Shown: in pieces, positions 1 through 9,774 of the stretch | Numbering within the stretch: position 1 is the first letter of the stretch | Layout of the letters: every line of letters begins with the position of its first letter | NCBI GenBank assembly: GCA_009992215.1 | Contig: JAACWB010000004.1 | Location: 8,006 to 72,005, forward strand | Reading direction: 5' to 3' | Source of the DNA: an archaeon | GTDB lineage: Archaea; Nanobdellota; Nanobdellia; Pacearchaeales; GW2011-AR1 | Length of the DNA: 64,000 bases | The notes under the pieces: generated by a model | Told to the model about the DNA's origin: nothing | Seen by the model: the letters and a program-made list of their open reading frames with translations, nothing else | Database searches by the model: none | Made by a program: the position numbers and the translations under genes

Positions 1-51
1 TTTATCCTCCCAATTGGGAGGATTTAAAAAGTTCTAAATTTTATATTTATT

Positions 52-777
52 ATGGATTTGGAAATATTTAAGAATTTGGGAATGAGTGAGGGTGAGATTA
101 AAATTTATGTTTCGCTTTTGGAGTTGGGTTCATCGGGAGCGGGACAGATTTTAGTTAAATCTGGACTCCAAAATTCTGTTGTGCATCGGGCTTTGAATTC
201 TTTGATTGAGAAAGGGCTTATTTCTTTTATTCTTGAGGGGAAGAGGCGGGTTTATTCTGCAGTTGATCCTGAGAACTTTTTTGATTTTATTGAGGAGAAG
301 AAAAGGAAATTTAGTGAAATATTGCCTGAATTAAAGAAGAAGCAAATTAAGGCTAAGGTTAAGGAGACGGCTTCTATTTTCAAGGGCGTACGGGGAATTA
401 AGGAAGTTTATAATTTTATGATTAATCAGGCAGGGGAAGAATATTTAACTTATGGTGGGGGGAAACCTTGTGCGCAGAAGATGGGTGACACTTGGTGGTT
501 AAATATTCATCAGAAGAGAATTGCTAATAAGTTAAAGTCTCGTCAAGTTTTCGATGAGTCTGTTAAAAAGATAGGTGCAGATATTGGTTTGTTGAAGTTA
601 ACAAATGTTAGATTTTTGCCAGAGGAGTTTGTTTCGTTTCAGGAGACTGTGATTGTAGGAAATTTTGTTGCTATTAGTGTTTTTAGCGAAGAGCCATATT
701 CTTTTTTGATTCATGATAAACATGTTGCCGAGGGATATCGAAAACATTTTGAAATACTTTGGAATAGAGCAAAATAA
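52..777 (+). CDS. TrmB-family transcriptional regulator
   Basis: 241 aa. N-terminal wHTH resembling archaeal sugar regulator TrmB (IKIYVSLLELGSSGAGQI...RALNSLIEKGLI), followed by a C-terminal TrmB-like domain. Confidence 0.65.
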   Translation: MDLEIFKNLGMSEGEIKIYVSLLELGSSGAGQILVKSGLQNSVVHRALNSLIEKGLISFILEGKRRVYSAVDPENFFDFIEEKKRKFSEILPELKKKQIKAKVKETASIFKGVRGIKEVYNFMINQAGEEYLTYGGGKPCAQKMGDTWWLNIHQKRIANKLKSRQVFDESVKKIGADIGLLKLTNVRFLPEEFVSFQETVIVGNFVAISVFSEEPYSFLIHDKHVAEGYRKHFEILWNRAK

Positions 778-854
778 CTTTTTCTTCCAATTTATAACTA
801 AAAAATAAATATTCTTCCAATTAATCTTATAAACTATTTATTCTTTTAGAAATC

Positions 855-1730
855 ATGGGATTTATTAGAGGTTCAGTTGTGGTTCTTGTTAGTTCATTAT
901 TATTTTTGACTCTTTTTATGGGAAATGCTTTTTTGACTTTGTCTTGGTCACTTGAATATAATAATTTGGAAACGAATGCAAATAATGTTGCCGTTCAAGC
1001 ATTTGAGACACTTGGAATAAAAGATGAAATTGAAAGTAATTATAATTTAATGATGATTTATTGTGATAATCAAGAAGCATTTGACTTTAGTTCTCAAGGA
1101 ATAAATATACCAATTCCTTGTTATGAAATAGCTAAAGGACCTGAAGCCGTGATTCAATACAGTGTTTCAAATGCATTACATGATTTATATTATAGGACAT
1201 ATGATTGCTCGTTTTTTGAATGTTTGAAAACGGGGGATGGTCCTTATGTTTTAGTTTCTGAAGTTGCGATGAATTATTGGAAATCAAAGTTTAAAATTTG
1301 TTTACTTGGCTCAATTCTTTTGTTTGTATTAATGTTTATTTTTATTGAAAAGAAACATTCAACTTTAACTGTAACAGGAATTTTAATGATTCTTTCAGCA
1401 CTTCCTTTTAGAAAATTAAATTGGTTACTTGCGTTTTTACCAGAAGGAAATCTTACAGAGATGGTCCTTTCCTTTTTTACTCGTTCATATAATGTATTTT
1501 TGATTATGACAATTATTGGAGTTTCGCTTTTTGCCGTTGGAATTGCATTTGAATTTTTAGGAATTGGACTTAAGATTACCAAGTTTTTTACAAAAGAGAA
1601 AGCCACAAAAGAAAAAGAAAAAAAGGGCTCAGTCCCAATGATTGCTACAGAAGAAAAAGAAAGTTTTACTAAAGAAGAAGTTAAAGAAATTGTTCGTGAA
1701 GAATTAAGAAAAGTTAAAGAGAAGAAGTAA
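855..1730 (+). CDS. hypothetical multi-pass membrane protein with K/E-rich C-terminal tail
   Basis: 291 aa. Several hydrophobic segments, then a C-terminal KEKEKK/EE-rich tail. No recognisable catalytic motif. Confidence 0.4.
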   Translation: MGFIRGSVVVLVSSLLFLTLFMGNAFLTLSWSLEYNNLETNANNVAVQAFETLGIKDEIESNYNLMMIYCDNQEAFDFSSQGINIPIPCYEIAKGPEAVIQYSVSNALHDLYYRTYDCSFFECLKTGDGPYVLVSEVAMNYWKSKFKICLLGSILLFVLMFIFIEKKHSTLTVTGILMILSALPFRKLNWLLAFLPEGNLTEMVLSFFTRSYNVFLIMTIIGVSLFAVGIAFEFLGIGLKITKFFTKEKATKEKEKKGSVPMIATEEKESFTKEEVKEIVREELRKVKEKK

Positions 1731-1732
1731 TT

Positions 1733-3718
1733 TTATTTCCCATAATTCTTTTTTAGAAAATTATTAATGAATGCTGAGTTATCTTTTTTTTCTGAGATTC
1801 CTGTTATTCTAAAAGCATTTAATCCTTCAAGCCCAACATTTTCAACTTTCACTTCGGGAGTTAATCTTAGTTTGAATTTTTCTCCAAGAAGTATTTCTTC
1901 ATTTGACTTATTTGCAATCTTTTTTGTTTCTGTCATTAATGTGCCCATACTCATGAATTTGAAACCAGTTTTATCTTCTTTAGTTACAATTGTTCCAAAA
2001 TTTAAGCTAAGTCCATAATCAATTTTTTGTTTGAATTTTTTATTGTGTTCTTTTAATACTTTTTCAATTGATTTTGTTAAATCTAAAATTGGCATTTCGT
2101 TTTTGAAAGTTTTTGTTCTAACTGGAGGAAGTAAGAAAAATAAATTTCCTCTGTTTTCATAAACTACACCTTTTTTATTTTCAATTAAAGAAATAATTGA
2201 ATTAAGAGTTTCTTTAACTCCCCCAATTCCCGAAGAAACTTCTTCGTAATTTTTTATAAAAATACAACCAATTGGAGAATTTTGTTTTGTTCCAGTAATT
2301 GAAAGAGACAATTCAGCTTTAACTTTTGGGTTACTTAATTTTTCTTTTTCTGGAATTTCTTTTAACTCAAGTGGTTTTTTAGCTTTCTTTCCTCTTTTTC
2401 TTCCGAAGAATGTTTTTTTGTAACCTTTTCTAAAGAAAGTGTAAGAAACAAAACCAAGAATCAGTGCCATGAATGCCCAAGCAATTATTTTTATATAACT
2501 TAAATTCTTTTCAGAAATTTTTTCTAATTTAACTACATTTCCAGTAAGAGAAACTAGACCTTGAAAATCTCCAGCTTGAATATTGTATTCTCCCTTTGGG
2601 GCTGAAATTAAATATTTTTCAGTTTCTCCAACGGGAAGGGAAACTGAAACATTGATTGTTTCATCTCCAATTACTATTGGTACTGTATGATTATAATACA
2701 CATTTCCTTTGTTTTCAAGAATTAAAGTTTTATTTACAATATCTATTGAAATTTCTTCTTTCTCTAAAATATTAAAATCCATCCGATTAATTAATTCTTC
2801 AGAATAAACTGAAACAACCCATTTTCCTGGAGCTTCATTATATTTTATTGGATATTCGAATTGTTCTTCTGTTTTAACTTCTAACTTTTGTAACATTTCT
2901 TCTTTTTCATTTTTTATTGCTACATATGCATTTGAATTTATTTTCTCTCCTGTTTGATCTCTTAACACAATACTTCCTTTAAGTGTGTCACCTGGAAGAA
3001 TCTCGTATTCATCTAAAACAATTTCTAAATTAGTTGGAATTTGTTTTATTACAATGAATGAATTTTTTTCTCCAACATTTGTTAATTCTGCGTATTTGTT
3101 TTGTTCATAAACTTTAATTTTTACATTATGTGTTCCTGCTTTGAAATTATCTGGAAATGGAACTTTAACTAAAAAATTTCCTTCTATAACTTCCCCACTT
3201 ACAAAAATTTCTTTTTCTCCTTCAACACGAATTTCAACAGTCCCATCAACTGCTTTTTCGTTTTCTCTAAATGCAGTTCCATTCATCATAATAATGTTTC
3301 CTGGTTCGTATTGTTCTCCATTCAAGTCAAAATTGATATTTATCAAATTTGAAATTTTAAATTCATCTGAGAGAACTTCTTTGTCTTCTCCAATTTTGTA
3401 TTTAATTGTACAAGTTCCAATTGAATCACCGATGAATTCTTTTACCAAGGGAATTACAATATCTTTTGTTATTTCTGTTTCTGAAAATAAGAACTCTTTG
3501 TAAACTTCTGTTTCTCCATAATCACAAGATAGATAAAAAATTACTAAATCACTTAGTGTTCCAACTGGCGTTATTTTTGCTGTGATTTCAATTTTATCTT
3601 TTAGGTTGTATAAGCTTAATGGTTCCTTTTCTAAAGTCACTCCGGCAGAAACAAATGAGATTAAAAATAATCCTAATATTACAAATATCACAACACCTTT
3701 CTGTTTTCCCTTTATCAT
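1733..3718 (-). CDS. large membrane-anchored extracytoplasmic protein, unknown function
   Basis: 661 aa. N-terminal signal/TM segment, a long beta-rich presumably extracellular region, a second TM near residue 400, and a roughly 230-aa C-terminal cytoplasmic domain of unknown function. Confidence 0.45.
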   Translation of the reverse strand: MIKGKQKGVVIFVILGLFLISFVSAGVTLEKEPLSLYNLKDKIEITAKITPVGTLSDLVIFYLSCDYGETEVYKEFLFSETEITKDIVIPLVKEFIGDSIGTCTIKYKIGEDKEVLSDEFKISNLININFDLNGEQYEPGNIIMMNGTAFRENEKAVDGTVEIRVEGEKEIFVSGEVIEGNFLVKVPFPDNFKAGTHNVKIKVYEQNKYAELTNVGEKNSFIVIKQIPTNLEIVLDEYEILPGDTLKGSIVLRDQTGEKINSNAYVAIKNEKEEMLQKLEVKTEEQFEYPIKYNEAPGKWVVSVYSEELINRMDFNILEKEEISIDIVNKTLILENKGNVYYNHTVPIVIGDETINVSVSLPVGETEKYLISAPKGEYNIQAGDFQGLVSLTGNVVKLEKISEKNLSYIKIIAWAFMALILGFVSYTFFRKGYKKTFFGRKRGKKAKKPLELKEIPEKEKLSNPKVKAELSLSITGTKQNSPIGCIFIKNYEEVSSGIGGVKETLNSIISLIENKKGVVYENRGNLFFLLPPVRTKTFKNEMPILDLTKSIEKVLKEHNKKFKQKIDYGLSLNFGTIVTKEDKTGFKFMSMGTLMTETKKIANKSNEEILLGEKFKLRLTPEVKVENVGLEGLNAFRITGISEKKDNSAFINNFLKKNYGK

Positions 3719-3828
3719 TGTAAAATTACGCTAAATTAATTTATAAAATATGTGGTGATTTTATTTGATTTTTGCCTATTAGGAGCTAATTTCTAAAGAT
3801 TTATATAGAAAGAAGGATTTTTTCAATT

Positions 3829-4947
3829 ATGGGAAAGAGTGTTGTGAATCCTTACGAAATTAAGGGTGCTGTTAATTATGATAGACTTGTTAAGGAATTT
3901 GGAATAACAAAAATTGATGAGAAATTAATTAAGAGAATTGAAAAATTGGTTGGCGAGGTTCATCCTTTCATTAGGAGAGGTATATTTTTTGCACACAGAG
4001 ATTTAGAAAAAATTTTAGATGCTTACGAAAAAGGGGAAAAATTCTTCTTGTACACTGGAATTGGTCCATCTGGCCCCATACATTTAGGCCACATTCAAAC
4101 ATGGAGGCTTGTAAAATGGTTACAGGACAAGTTTAATGTTGAACTTTGGTTTCAATTTACTGATGATGAAAAATTCTTGTATAAAGACATGAGTTATGAG
4201 GAAATTCAAAAGTGGACAAAAGAAAATATGCTTGACGTTATCGCGCTTGGGCTTGACCCAAAGAAAACACATTTTTTGATTGACACTAAACACGCTGGAA
4301 TAATGTACCCTGAAGCAATTAAAGTTGCGAAGAAAATAACTTTTTCAATGATTAAAGGAGCTTTTGGCTTTACAGACTCAAACAATATTGGAAGTATTTT
4401 TTATACGGCAATGCAAACTGTTCCAGTTTTTTTACCTAATGTTTTGAATAATAAACATGAAAGATGTTTAATTCCATTAGGAGTTGATCAAGAACCTCAC
4501 TTTAGAATTAGTCGGGATGTTATTGAAAAGCTTGGTCACATAAAACCTGCAATAATTCATTCAAAGATGATGATTCCGTTAACGGGAATTGAAGGAAAAA
4601 TGTCTTCAACTGAACCAGACAAGGCAATTTTAATGACGGACAGTCCAAGTGAAATTAAGAAAAAAATAAATAAACACGCATTTAGTGGTGGACAAGACAC
4701 TGTTGAAGAACACCGAAAGAAAGGTGGAAATGTTGAAGTTGATGTTGCTTGTCAATGGTTAAAATATTTTGAGGAAGATGATAAAAAACTTGAGGAAATT
4801 TATTCTAAATATAGGAAAGGTGAACTTCTTAGTGGAGAAGTTAAGAAAATTTTAATTGAGAAAGTTCAAGTCTTTTTGGCAGAGCATCAAAAAAGGCGGG
4901 CTAACGCCGAAAAATTAATTGATAAGTTTGTTTACTCGAAAAAATAA
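3829..4947 (+). CDS. trpS: tryptophanyl-tRNA synthetase (archaeal/eukaryotic type)
   Basis: 372 aa. Class I HIGH-region variant GIGPSGPIHLGH and KMSSTEP (a KMSKS variant). The length fits archaeal TrpRS rather than TyrRS, which is about 310 aa. Confidence 0.8.
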   Translation: MGKSVVNPYEIKGAVNYDRLVKEFGITKIDEKLIKRIEKLVGEVHPFIRRGIFFAHRDLEKILDAYEKGEKFFLYTGIGPSGPIHLGHIQTWRLVKWLQDKFNVELWFQFTDDEKFLYKDMSYEEIQKWTKENMLDVIALGLDPKKTHFLIDTKHAGIMYPEAIKVAKKITFSMIKGAFGFTDSNNIGSIFYTAMQTVPVFLPNVLNNKHERCLIPLGVDQEPHFRISRDVIEKLGHIKPAIIHSKMMIPLTGIEGKMSSTEPDKAILMTDSPSEIKKKINKHAFSGGQDTVEEHRKKGGNVEVDVACQWLKYFEEDDKKLEEIYSKYRKGELLSGEVKKILIEKVQVFLAEHQKRRANAEKLIDKFVYSKK

Positions 4948-5786
4948 TTTTTGTTCCTAAGTTCAAAAGTTTTGAAAGATTCATATAGATTATTTGCATA
5001 TTTTTCAATTTCTTCTTCGGATTTTATTTTCTTTTTTACTTTTGGATTTGCTAAGTTGTCTAATTCTACTAACGCTGCATATTTTGCGTGATTCATAAAT
5101 AAAACTCCCAAGTCAAGTGCACCAGAACTGGAATTCATATTTCTTAAACTATAATATTCACTTAAAACTTCTGCAAAGGTTACACAATCTGGAGAATAAT
5201 AATTTAATTTATTCAAATTGACAAAGTTCTTTTTTCCGTCGTTAAGTTCATCATAATTTTTTAATCCATAAAAATAAAACTGGGTTTTTGAAGTAGTGTC
5301 TTTTTTATTGTTATCAAAGTGGAGAGATAAAAAAGCATAAGCATTGTTTTCTTCTGAAAATTTATTTCTTGCTAAAATTTCATCTTTCAAGTTTACATAT
5401 CCGTCATAATTTAGGTCACCTTTATTGATTGATTTATCATTTACATCTTTTTCATCTGTCCTTGTTAAAATAACATTATAACCATCTTCTTTTAATAAAC
5501 CGACCAACATTAATGCAACATCTAGCGTATATTTCCATTCTAATTTATCTCCATCTCCTTTGTAATGTTTTGAGTGGCCAGCATCTATTACAATTGTTTT
5601 TAGTTCATTATGGGGATTTGGAGTTTTATTTTCTGGAGCCGTTAAATTCATTGAACTTAGAAAAAATGTTGTTGCCAAAAGATATTTTGTTAATGTTTTT
5701 AATTTATTAGAAGGTTTTAATTCTGTTAAACTTTCATGAGAAGGAAATATTCCTGGCAAAAGATATTTTACTAATTTACTTACCAT
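4932..5786 (-). CDS. secreted N-acetylmuramoyl-L-alanine amidase-like protein (Amidase_3 family)
   Basis: 284 aa. Signal peptide, then VIDAGHSKHYKGDGDK...LDVALMLVGLLKEDGYNVILTRTDEKDV, matching the Amidase_3 signature (DAGHGG...L.iA..l...L...G..V.lTR). Confidence 0.55.
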   Translation of the reverse strand: MVSKLVKYLLPGIFPSHESLTELKPSNKLKTLTKYLLATTFFLSSMNLTAPENKTPNPHNELKTIVIDAGHSKHYKGDGDKLEWKYTLDVALMLVGLLKEDGYNVILTRTDEKDVNDKSINKGDLNYDGYVNLKDEILARNKFSEENNAYAFLSLHFDNNKKDTTSKTQFYFYGLKNYDELNDGKKNFVNLNKLNYYSPDCVTFAEVLSEYYSLRNMNSSSGALDLGVLFMNHAKYAALVELDNLANPKVKKKIKSEEEIEKYANNLYESFKTFELRNKNYFFE

Positions 5787-5876
5787 TTTTCAAAAAAATT
5801 ATAATTTTATTTAAAGATATATATAGCAAAGGAGAGATATCCATAATTTTATAAAATAAGGAACTATAAATTTACT

Positions 5877-7577
5877 ATGAAGACATTGAATTTACATGTT
5901 GATTATATTGAATGGGAAGGTTTGAAGAAGGCTTTGAAATCTATGGATGATTTATCTGAAGAGGAAATTAAGAAGCAGAGAGTAGAAGAAACTTTGGTTA
6001 TTATGACTGCTGTTGAAAAGACTGATTCTTTGAAAATGATGGATGAATATCTAGAAAATATTAAGACAATTGCTTCTCAAGTTGGGGCAAAGAATATTGT
6101 TTTATATCCTTATGCTCATTTGTCTAGTGATTTAGGGAAACCTGAATTGGCTGTTGAATTTTTGAAAACTGCTGAGAAAAGATTAAAGGAAGAGGGTGTT
6201 AATGTTTTTCGTGCTCCTTTTGGATATTACAAAACTTTTGAGATGAAAGTAAAGGGTCACCCATTAAGTGAACTTTCAAGAAATATCAAAGGAAATGAAG
6301 AAGAAATTAGAGATTTAACAGATGATGAAAGAACAAAATTGCTAAGGGAAATTTCAAAAGCTAAATTGGATACATCTAAACTTGCTGAAAATGATCATAG
6401 AATTATTGGAAAGAAGATGAATTTGTGGAGTTTTAGTCCCGTTGCACCTGGAATGGTTTTTTGGCATGACAAAGGTTTACACATAAAGAATAAGTTGATT
6501 GAATATTGGAGACAAATACATAGGAGGGAAAATTATGAAGAAATATCTACTCCGCAAATAATGGACAGAAAGCTTTGGGAAATTTCCGGACATTGGTCAA
6601 AATATAGTGAAAATAATTTCAAGACAAATTACGAAGGACGTGACTTTTTAGTTAAACCGATGAATTGTCCAGGAGGGATGTTGGTTTACAAAAATTCCCC
6701 AAAATCTTACAAAAATTTACCTTTGAGGGTAGGAGAATTAGGAATTGTTCACAGAATTGAACTTTCAGGAGTTTTATCAGGGTTGTTTAGAGTAATACAA
6801 TTTACACAGGATGATGCACACATTTTTTGTACTGAAGAACAATTAGAAAATGAAATAATGAAAATAATTCTATTGATACAAGAAGTATATAATACATTCA
6901 ATTTAGAACTTGACCACGTAGAATTGTCTACAAGGCCCGAAAAAAGAATAGGTTCAGAGGAAATTTGGGATAAAGCAGAAGCAGCTTTGGAAAAAGTATT
7001 GAAAAAAACAAAAATGAATTATCAAATTAACGAGGGAGATGGAGCATTCTATGGTCCAAAAATAGACTTCCATCTAAAAGATTCATTAAATAGAACATGG
7101 CAAATGGCAACAATACAATTAGACATGGCACTTCCGGAAAGATTTGATCTAATATATCTTGACAAAGATAGTAAAGAAAAAAGACCTATTATGCTTCACA
7201 GAGTTATTTATGGTGCAATTGACAGATTCCTCGGAATTATTACTGAAAATTATAATGGAAAGTTCCCTCTTTGGATTTCACCAAATCAAATTAAAATTTT
7301 AACTATTGGTGAGAAAGCAAAAGAATTTTCAAAAGAAGTTTATAATGAATTGTTTGAAGCAGGGTTCAGAGTTGAACTTGACGAGAGAAGTGAATCAATT
7401 GGAAAGAAAGTTCGTGAGGCTTCAATTTCTGGATTTAATTATATGGTAACAATTGGCGAAGGTGAAGTAAAGGAAAATGTTATTGCTGTTAAGAAGAATG
7501 GTGAAAAAGACATTTCTAAATTGAGTGTTGAAGAGTTTGTTTTGAAGTTGAAAGAGGAAGTTCGAGGAAAGAAGTAA
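5877..7577 (+). CDS. thrS: threonyl-tRNA synthetase with archaeal N-terminal editing domain
   Basis: 566 aa. Archaeal ThrRS editing-domain start (MKTLNLHVDYIEWE), class II motif 2 (FRVIQFTQDDAHIFC) and a C-terminal anticodon-binding domain. Confidence 0.9.
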   Translation: MKTLNLHVDYIEWEGLKKALKSMDDLSEEEIKKQRVEETLVIMTAVEKTDSLKMMDEYLENIKTIASQVGAKNIVLYPYAHLSSDLGKPELAVEFLKTAEKRLKEEGVNVFRAPFGYYKTFEMKVKGHPLSELSRNIKGNEEEIRDLTDDERTKLLREISKAKLDTSKLAENDHRIIGKKMNLWSFSPVAPGMVFWHDKGLHIKNKLIEYWRQIHRRENYEEISTPQIMDRKLWEISGHWSKYSENNFKTNYEGRDFLVKPMNCPGGMLVYKNSPKSYKNLPLRVGELGIVHRIELSGVLSGLFRVIQFTQDDAHIFCTEEQLENEIMKIILLIQEVYNTFNLELDHVELSTRPEKRIGSEEIWDKAEAALEKVLKKTKMNYQINEGDGAFYGPKIDFHLKDSLNRTWQMATIQLDMALPERFDLIYLDKDSKEKRPIMLHRVIYGAIDRFLGIITENYNGKFPLWISPNQIKILTIGEKAKEFSKEVYNELFEAGFRVELDERSESIGKKVREASISGFNYMVTIGEGEVKENVIAVKKNGEKDISKLSVEEFVLKLKEEVRGKK

Positions 7578-7587
7578 GAAAGCTTCG

Positions 7588-7682
7588 CTTGATTTGGGTT
7601 TGGGGAAACGCTCCGCTTGATTTGATTTGACTGCGTTGAATCAAATCTGCACTACGCTTTTTGTGAAATGAAATTAAGGTCA
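7588..7682 (+). terminator. GC-enriched inverted-repeat element downstream of thrS, probable terminator or structured 3' UTR
   Basis: Repeated cgcttgatttg motif. A 9-bp stem GATTTGATT ... AATCAAATC is followed by CTTTTTG. Local GC is above background. Confidence 0.3.
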
Positions 7683-7707
7683 TAATTTTTATATAGTTTG
7701 GATTGAT

Positions 7708-8718
7708 TTGTTGTTTATGAAGAAAATAAACTATTTTTACATTTTTCTTTTTGTTATTGGATTATTTTTACTTTTATTGTATTCTTCAAATGATTCAGAA
7801 GATGAAAATGTTTCAGAAAAGTACAATTTTCTTGAAGGAACAAATGATTATTCTCAATTAGAAAATTTTGTAAATATAACCATTTATGATACAATAACAA
7901 ATTGCTCACTTGATGGAAAACTTTTTGTGAACGGGATTTTTGTTGACTATGTTGTTCAAGGGACATATGAATTATATGAAGATGAAATTATTAATTCAAA
8001 TAATATTCAAAATATTTCAATTTTGGGTAACACAAATAATTGTTTTGGTAATAATTCAAATTTACCTTATTATGTGGAATGGGACGTTTTTGATTTATTT
8101 GATTATATGAATTATGAATTAATTGTTGATTTGAACCCGCGTTGGCCTGATAATCCAAAATCAATGCAAGGATTTGTTCGTCCCGAAGAAGTCGCAGATA
8201 GATATTCAAAAATAAACATAGATGAGGAAAATACTGTATTAGAAAATTTAGAAAAAATATTTGCTTATGGATATATGAATTATGTTTCAGATAAAAATAG
8301 ATTTGGAGAAGATGAATATTGGCAAACCCCTTCAGATTTTATAAGGAACAAAGGCGGAGATTGTGAAGATTGGGCAATTTACATGCTTTCATTAATACAA
8401 AGATACGATTCTGAACTTGATTGCTACCTTGCAGTTTGGTATACTCATGTTAATGTTTTATGTTCAATTAATAAAACATTTATTATTCTTGACCAAGAAA
8501 AAGTTCGAAAAAATTTAGTTCTTGATGAAGATATAAGTTTACAAGAAAATCAAATTAAAGTTAGAACATGGAGAAACGATTATTTTGAAACATATGGGAT
8601 AAGGCCAGATGAAAGAGTTTTATTTTACTTAATTAATGAAAAAGAAATAATTGAATTTGAAAATGGTCAAGAAGATTTTGTTGAGTGGGTTTTAAGAAAA
8701 GGAGAAATTATTAAATAA
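7708..8718 (+). CDS. membrane-anchored transglutaminase-like cysteine protease domain protein
   Basis: 336 aa. N-terminal TM. GGDCEDWAIYMLSLIQRY matches the transglutaminase-like core Cys motif (G.C..fA). Asn/Asp-rich extracellular region. Confidence 0.5.
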   Translation: MLFMKKINYFYIFLFVIGLFLLLLYSSNDSEDENVSEKYNFLEGTNDYSQLENFVNITIYDTITNCSLDGKLFVNGIFVDYVVQGTYELYEDEIINSNNIQNISILGNTNNCFGNNSNLPYYVEWDVFDLFDYMNYELIVDLNPRWPDNPKSMQGFVRPEEVADRYSKINIDEENTVLENLEKIFAYGYMNYVSDKNRFGEDEYWQTPSDFIRNKGGDCEDWAIYMLSLIQRYDSELDCYLAVWYTHVNVLCSINKTFIILDQEKVRKNLVLDEDISLQENQIKVRTWRNDYFETYGIRPDERVLFYLINEKEIIEFENGQEDFVEWVLRKGEIIK

Positions 8719-8763
8719 ATTGTATGTATCTAAAATTTAGTAAGTAAAATATAAAAACTAAAA

Positions 8764-9774
8764 TTGCAGTATAGTAATATGGAAAAGAGGAGTAAATTTA
8801 CTTTTATTGATTTATTTGCAGGAATTGGAGGTATTCGTTTAGCTTTTGAAAAAGCAGGTGGAAAATGCATCATGAGTTCTGAATGGGATGCTTATGCACA
8901 AAAAACATATTTAGAAAATTTTGGGGAAATTCCTTTGGGAGATATTTCAAAAATTAATGAAAAAGATATCCCAAACCATGACATATTGTGTGGAGGTTTT
9001 CCTTGCCAAGCTTTTTCTATTGCGGGAAAAAGAAAAGGATTTAATGATATCAGAGGCACTTTATTTTTTGAAGTTGCTAGAATAATTAAAGAAAAAAAGC
9101 CGAAGGCAATTTTTTTAGAAAATGTTAAGGGACTAATAAATCATGACAAAGGAAAAACTTTAGCTACAATTCTTGATGTTTTAAGAAATGAATTGGGATA
9201 TTATGTTACAGAGCCTCAAATTATGAATGCAAAAGATTTTGGATTAGCTCAAAATAGGGAAAGAGTTTTTATTGTTGGATTTAGAAAAGATTTGGGAATA
9301 AATTCTTTTTCTTATCCGAAGAAGAAAATTAAACCAGTTTCTTTTGAAGAAGTTATGGAAGAAAAACCAGTTTCTCCGAAATATTATTTGTCTACTGTTT
9401 ACTTAAATACATTAAAGAAACATAAGGATAGACATGTTAAAAAAGGTAATGGGTTTGGGTATCAAATAATTGATATAAAAGATATTGCTAATGCTATCGT
9501 AGTTGGGGGAATGGGGAGAGAAAGAAATTTAATAATTGATAAGAGACAAAAAAATTTAATTCCTATAACAAATATCAAAGGTTCCATAAATAAAAAAGGA
9601 ATTAGGAGAATGACCCCGAGGGAGTGGGCAAGATTACAAGGGTTTCCAGATTCTTTTAAAATTCCTGTTTCTGATGCTCAGGCCTATAAACAATTTGGAA
9701 ATTCTGTTGCAGTTTCAGCCATATATGCTACTGCGAAAGAGATAATTAAACATTTAGATAATAAATTAAAATGA
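8764..9774 (+). CDS. DNA (cytosine-5)-methyltransferase, M.HpaII-like
   Basis: 336 aa. Motif I FTFIDLFAGIGG, motif IV GGFPCQAFSIAGKRKG, motif VI IFLENVKGL, motif X QFGNSVAV. Overall collinear resemblance to the CCGG-specific M.HpaII group, judged from memory of that family. Confidence 0.9.
   Translation: MQYSNMEKRSKFTFIDLFAGIGGIRLAFEKAGGKCIMSSEWDAYAQKTYLENFGEIPLGDISKINEKDIPNHDILCGGFPCQAFSIAGKRKGFNDIRGTLFFEVARIIKEKKPKAIFLENVKGLINHDKGKTLATILDVLRNELGYYVTEPQIMNAKDFGLAQNRERVFIVGFRKDLGINSFSYPKKKIKPVSFEEVMEEKPVSPKYYLSTVYLNTLKKHKDRHVKKGNGFGYQIIDIKDIANAIVVGGMGRERNLIIDKRQKNLIPITNIKGSINKKGIRRMTPREWARLQGFPDSFKIPVSDAQAYKQFGNSVAVSAIYATAKEIIKHLDNKLK

Noticed and set aside
1274-3503. Antisense ORFs 1274-1606(-), 1767-2018(+) and 3141-3503(+) inside larger genes
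   Set aside because: They lie wholly within the 855-1730 and 1733-3718 genes on the opposite strand, have low-complexity composition, and are typical AT-rich shadow ORFs.
1733-3718. Class III nucleotidyl cyclase domain in the C-terminus of the 661-aa membrane protein
   Set aside because: GCIFIKNYEEV superficially resembles the F.DI.GFT cyclase motif, but the key Asp and GFT residues are absent, so it is left as unknown.
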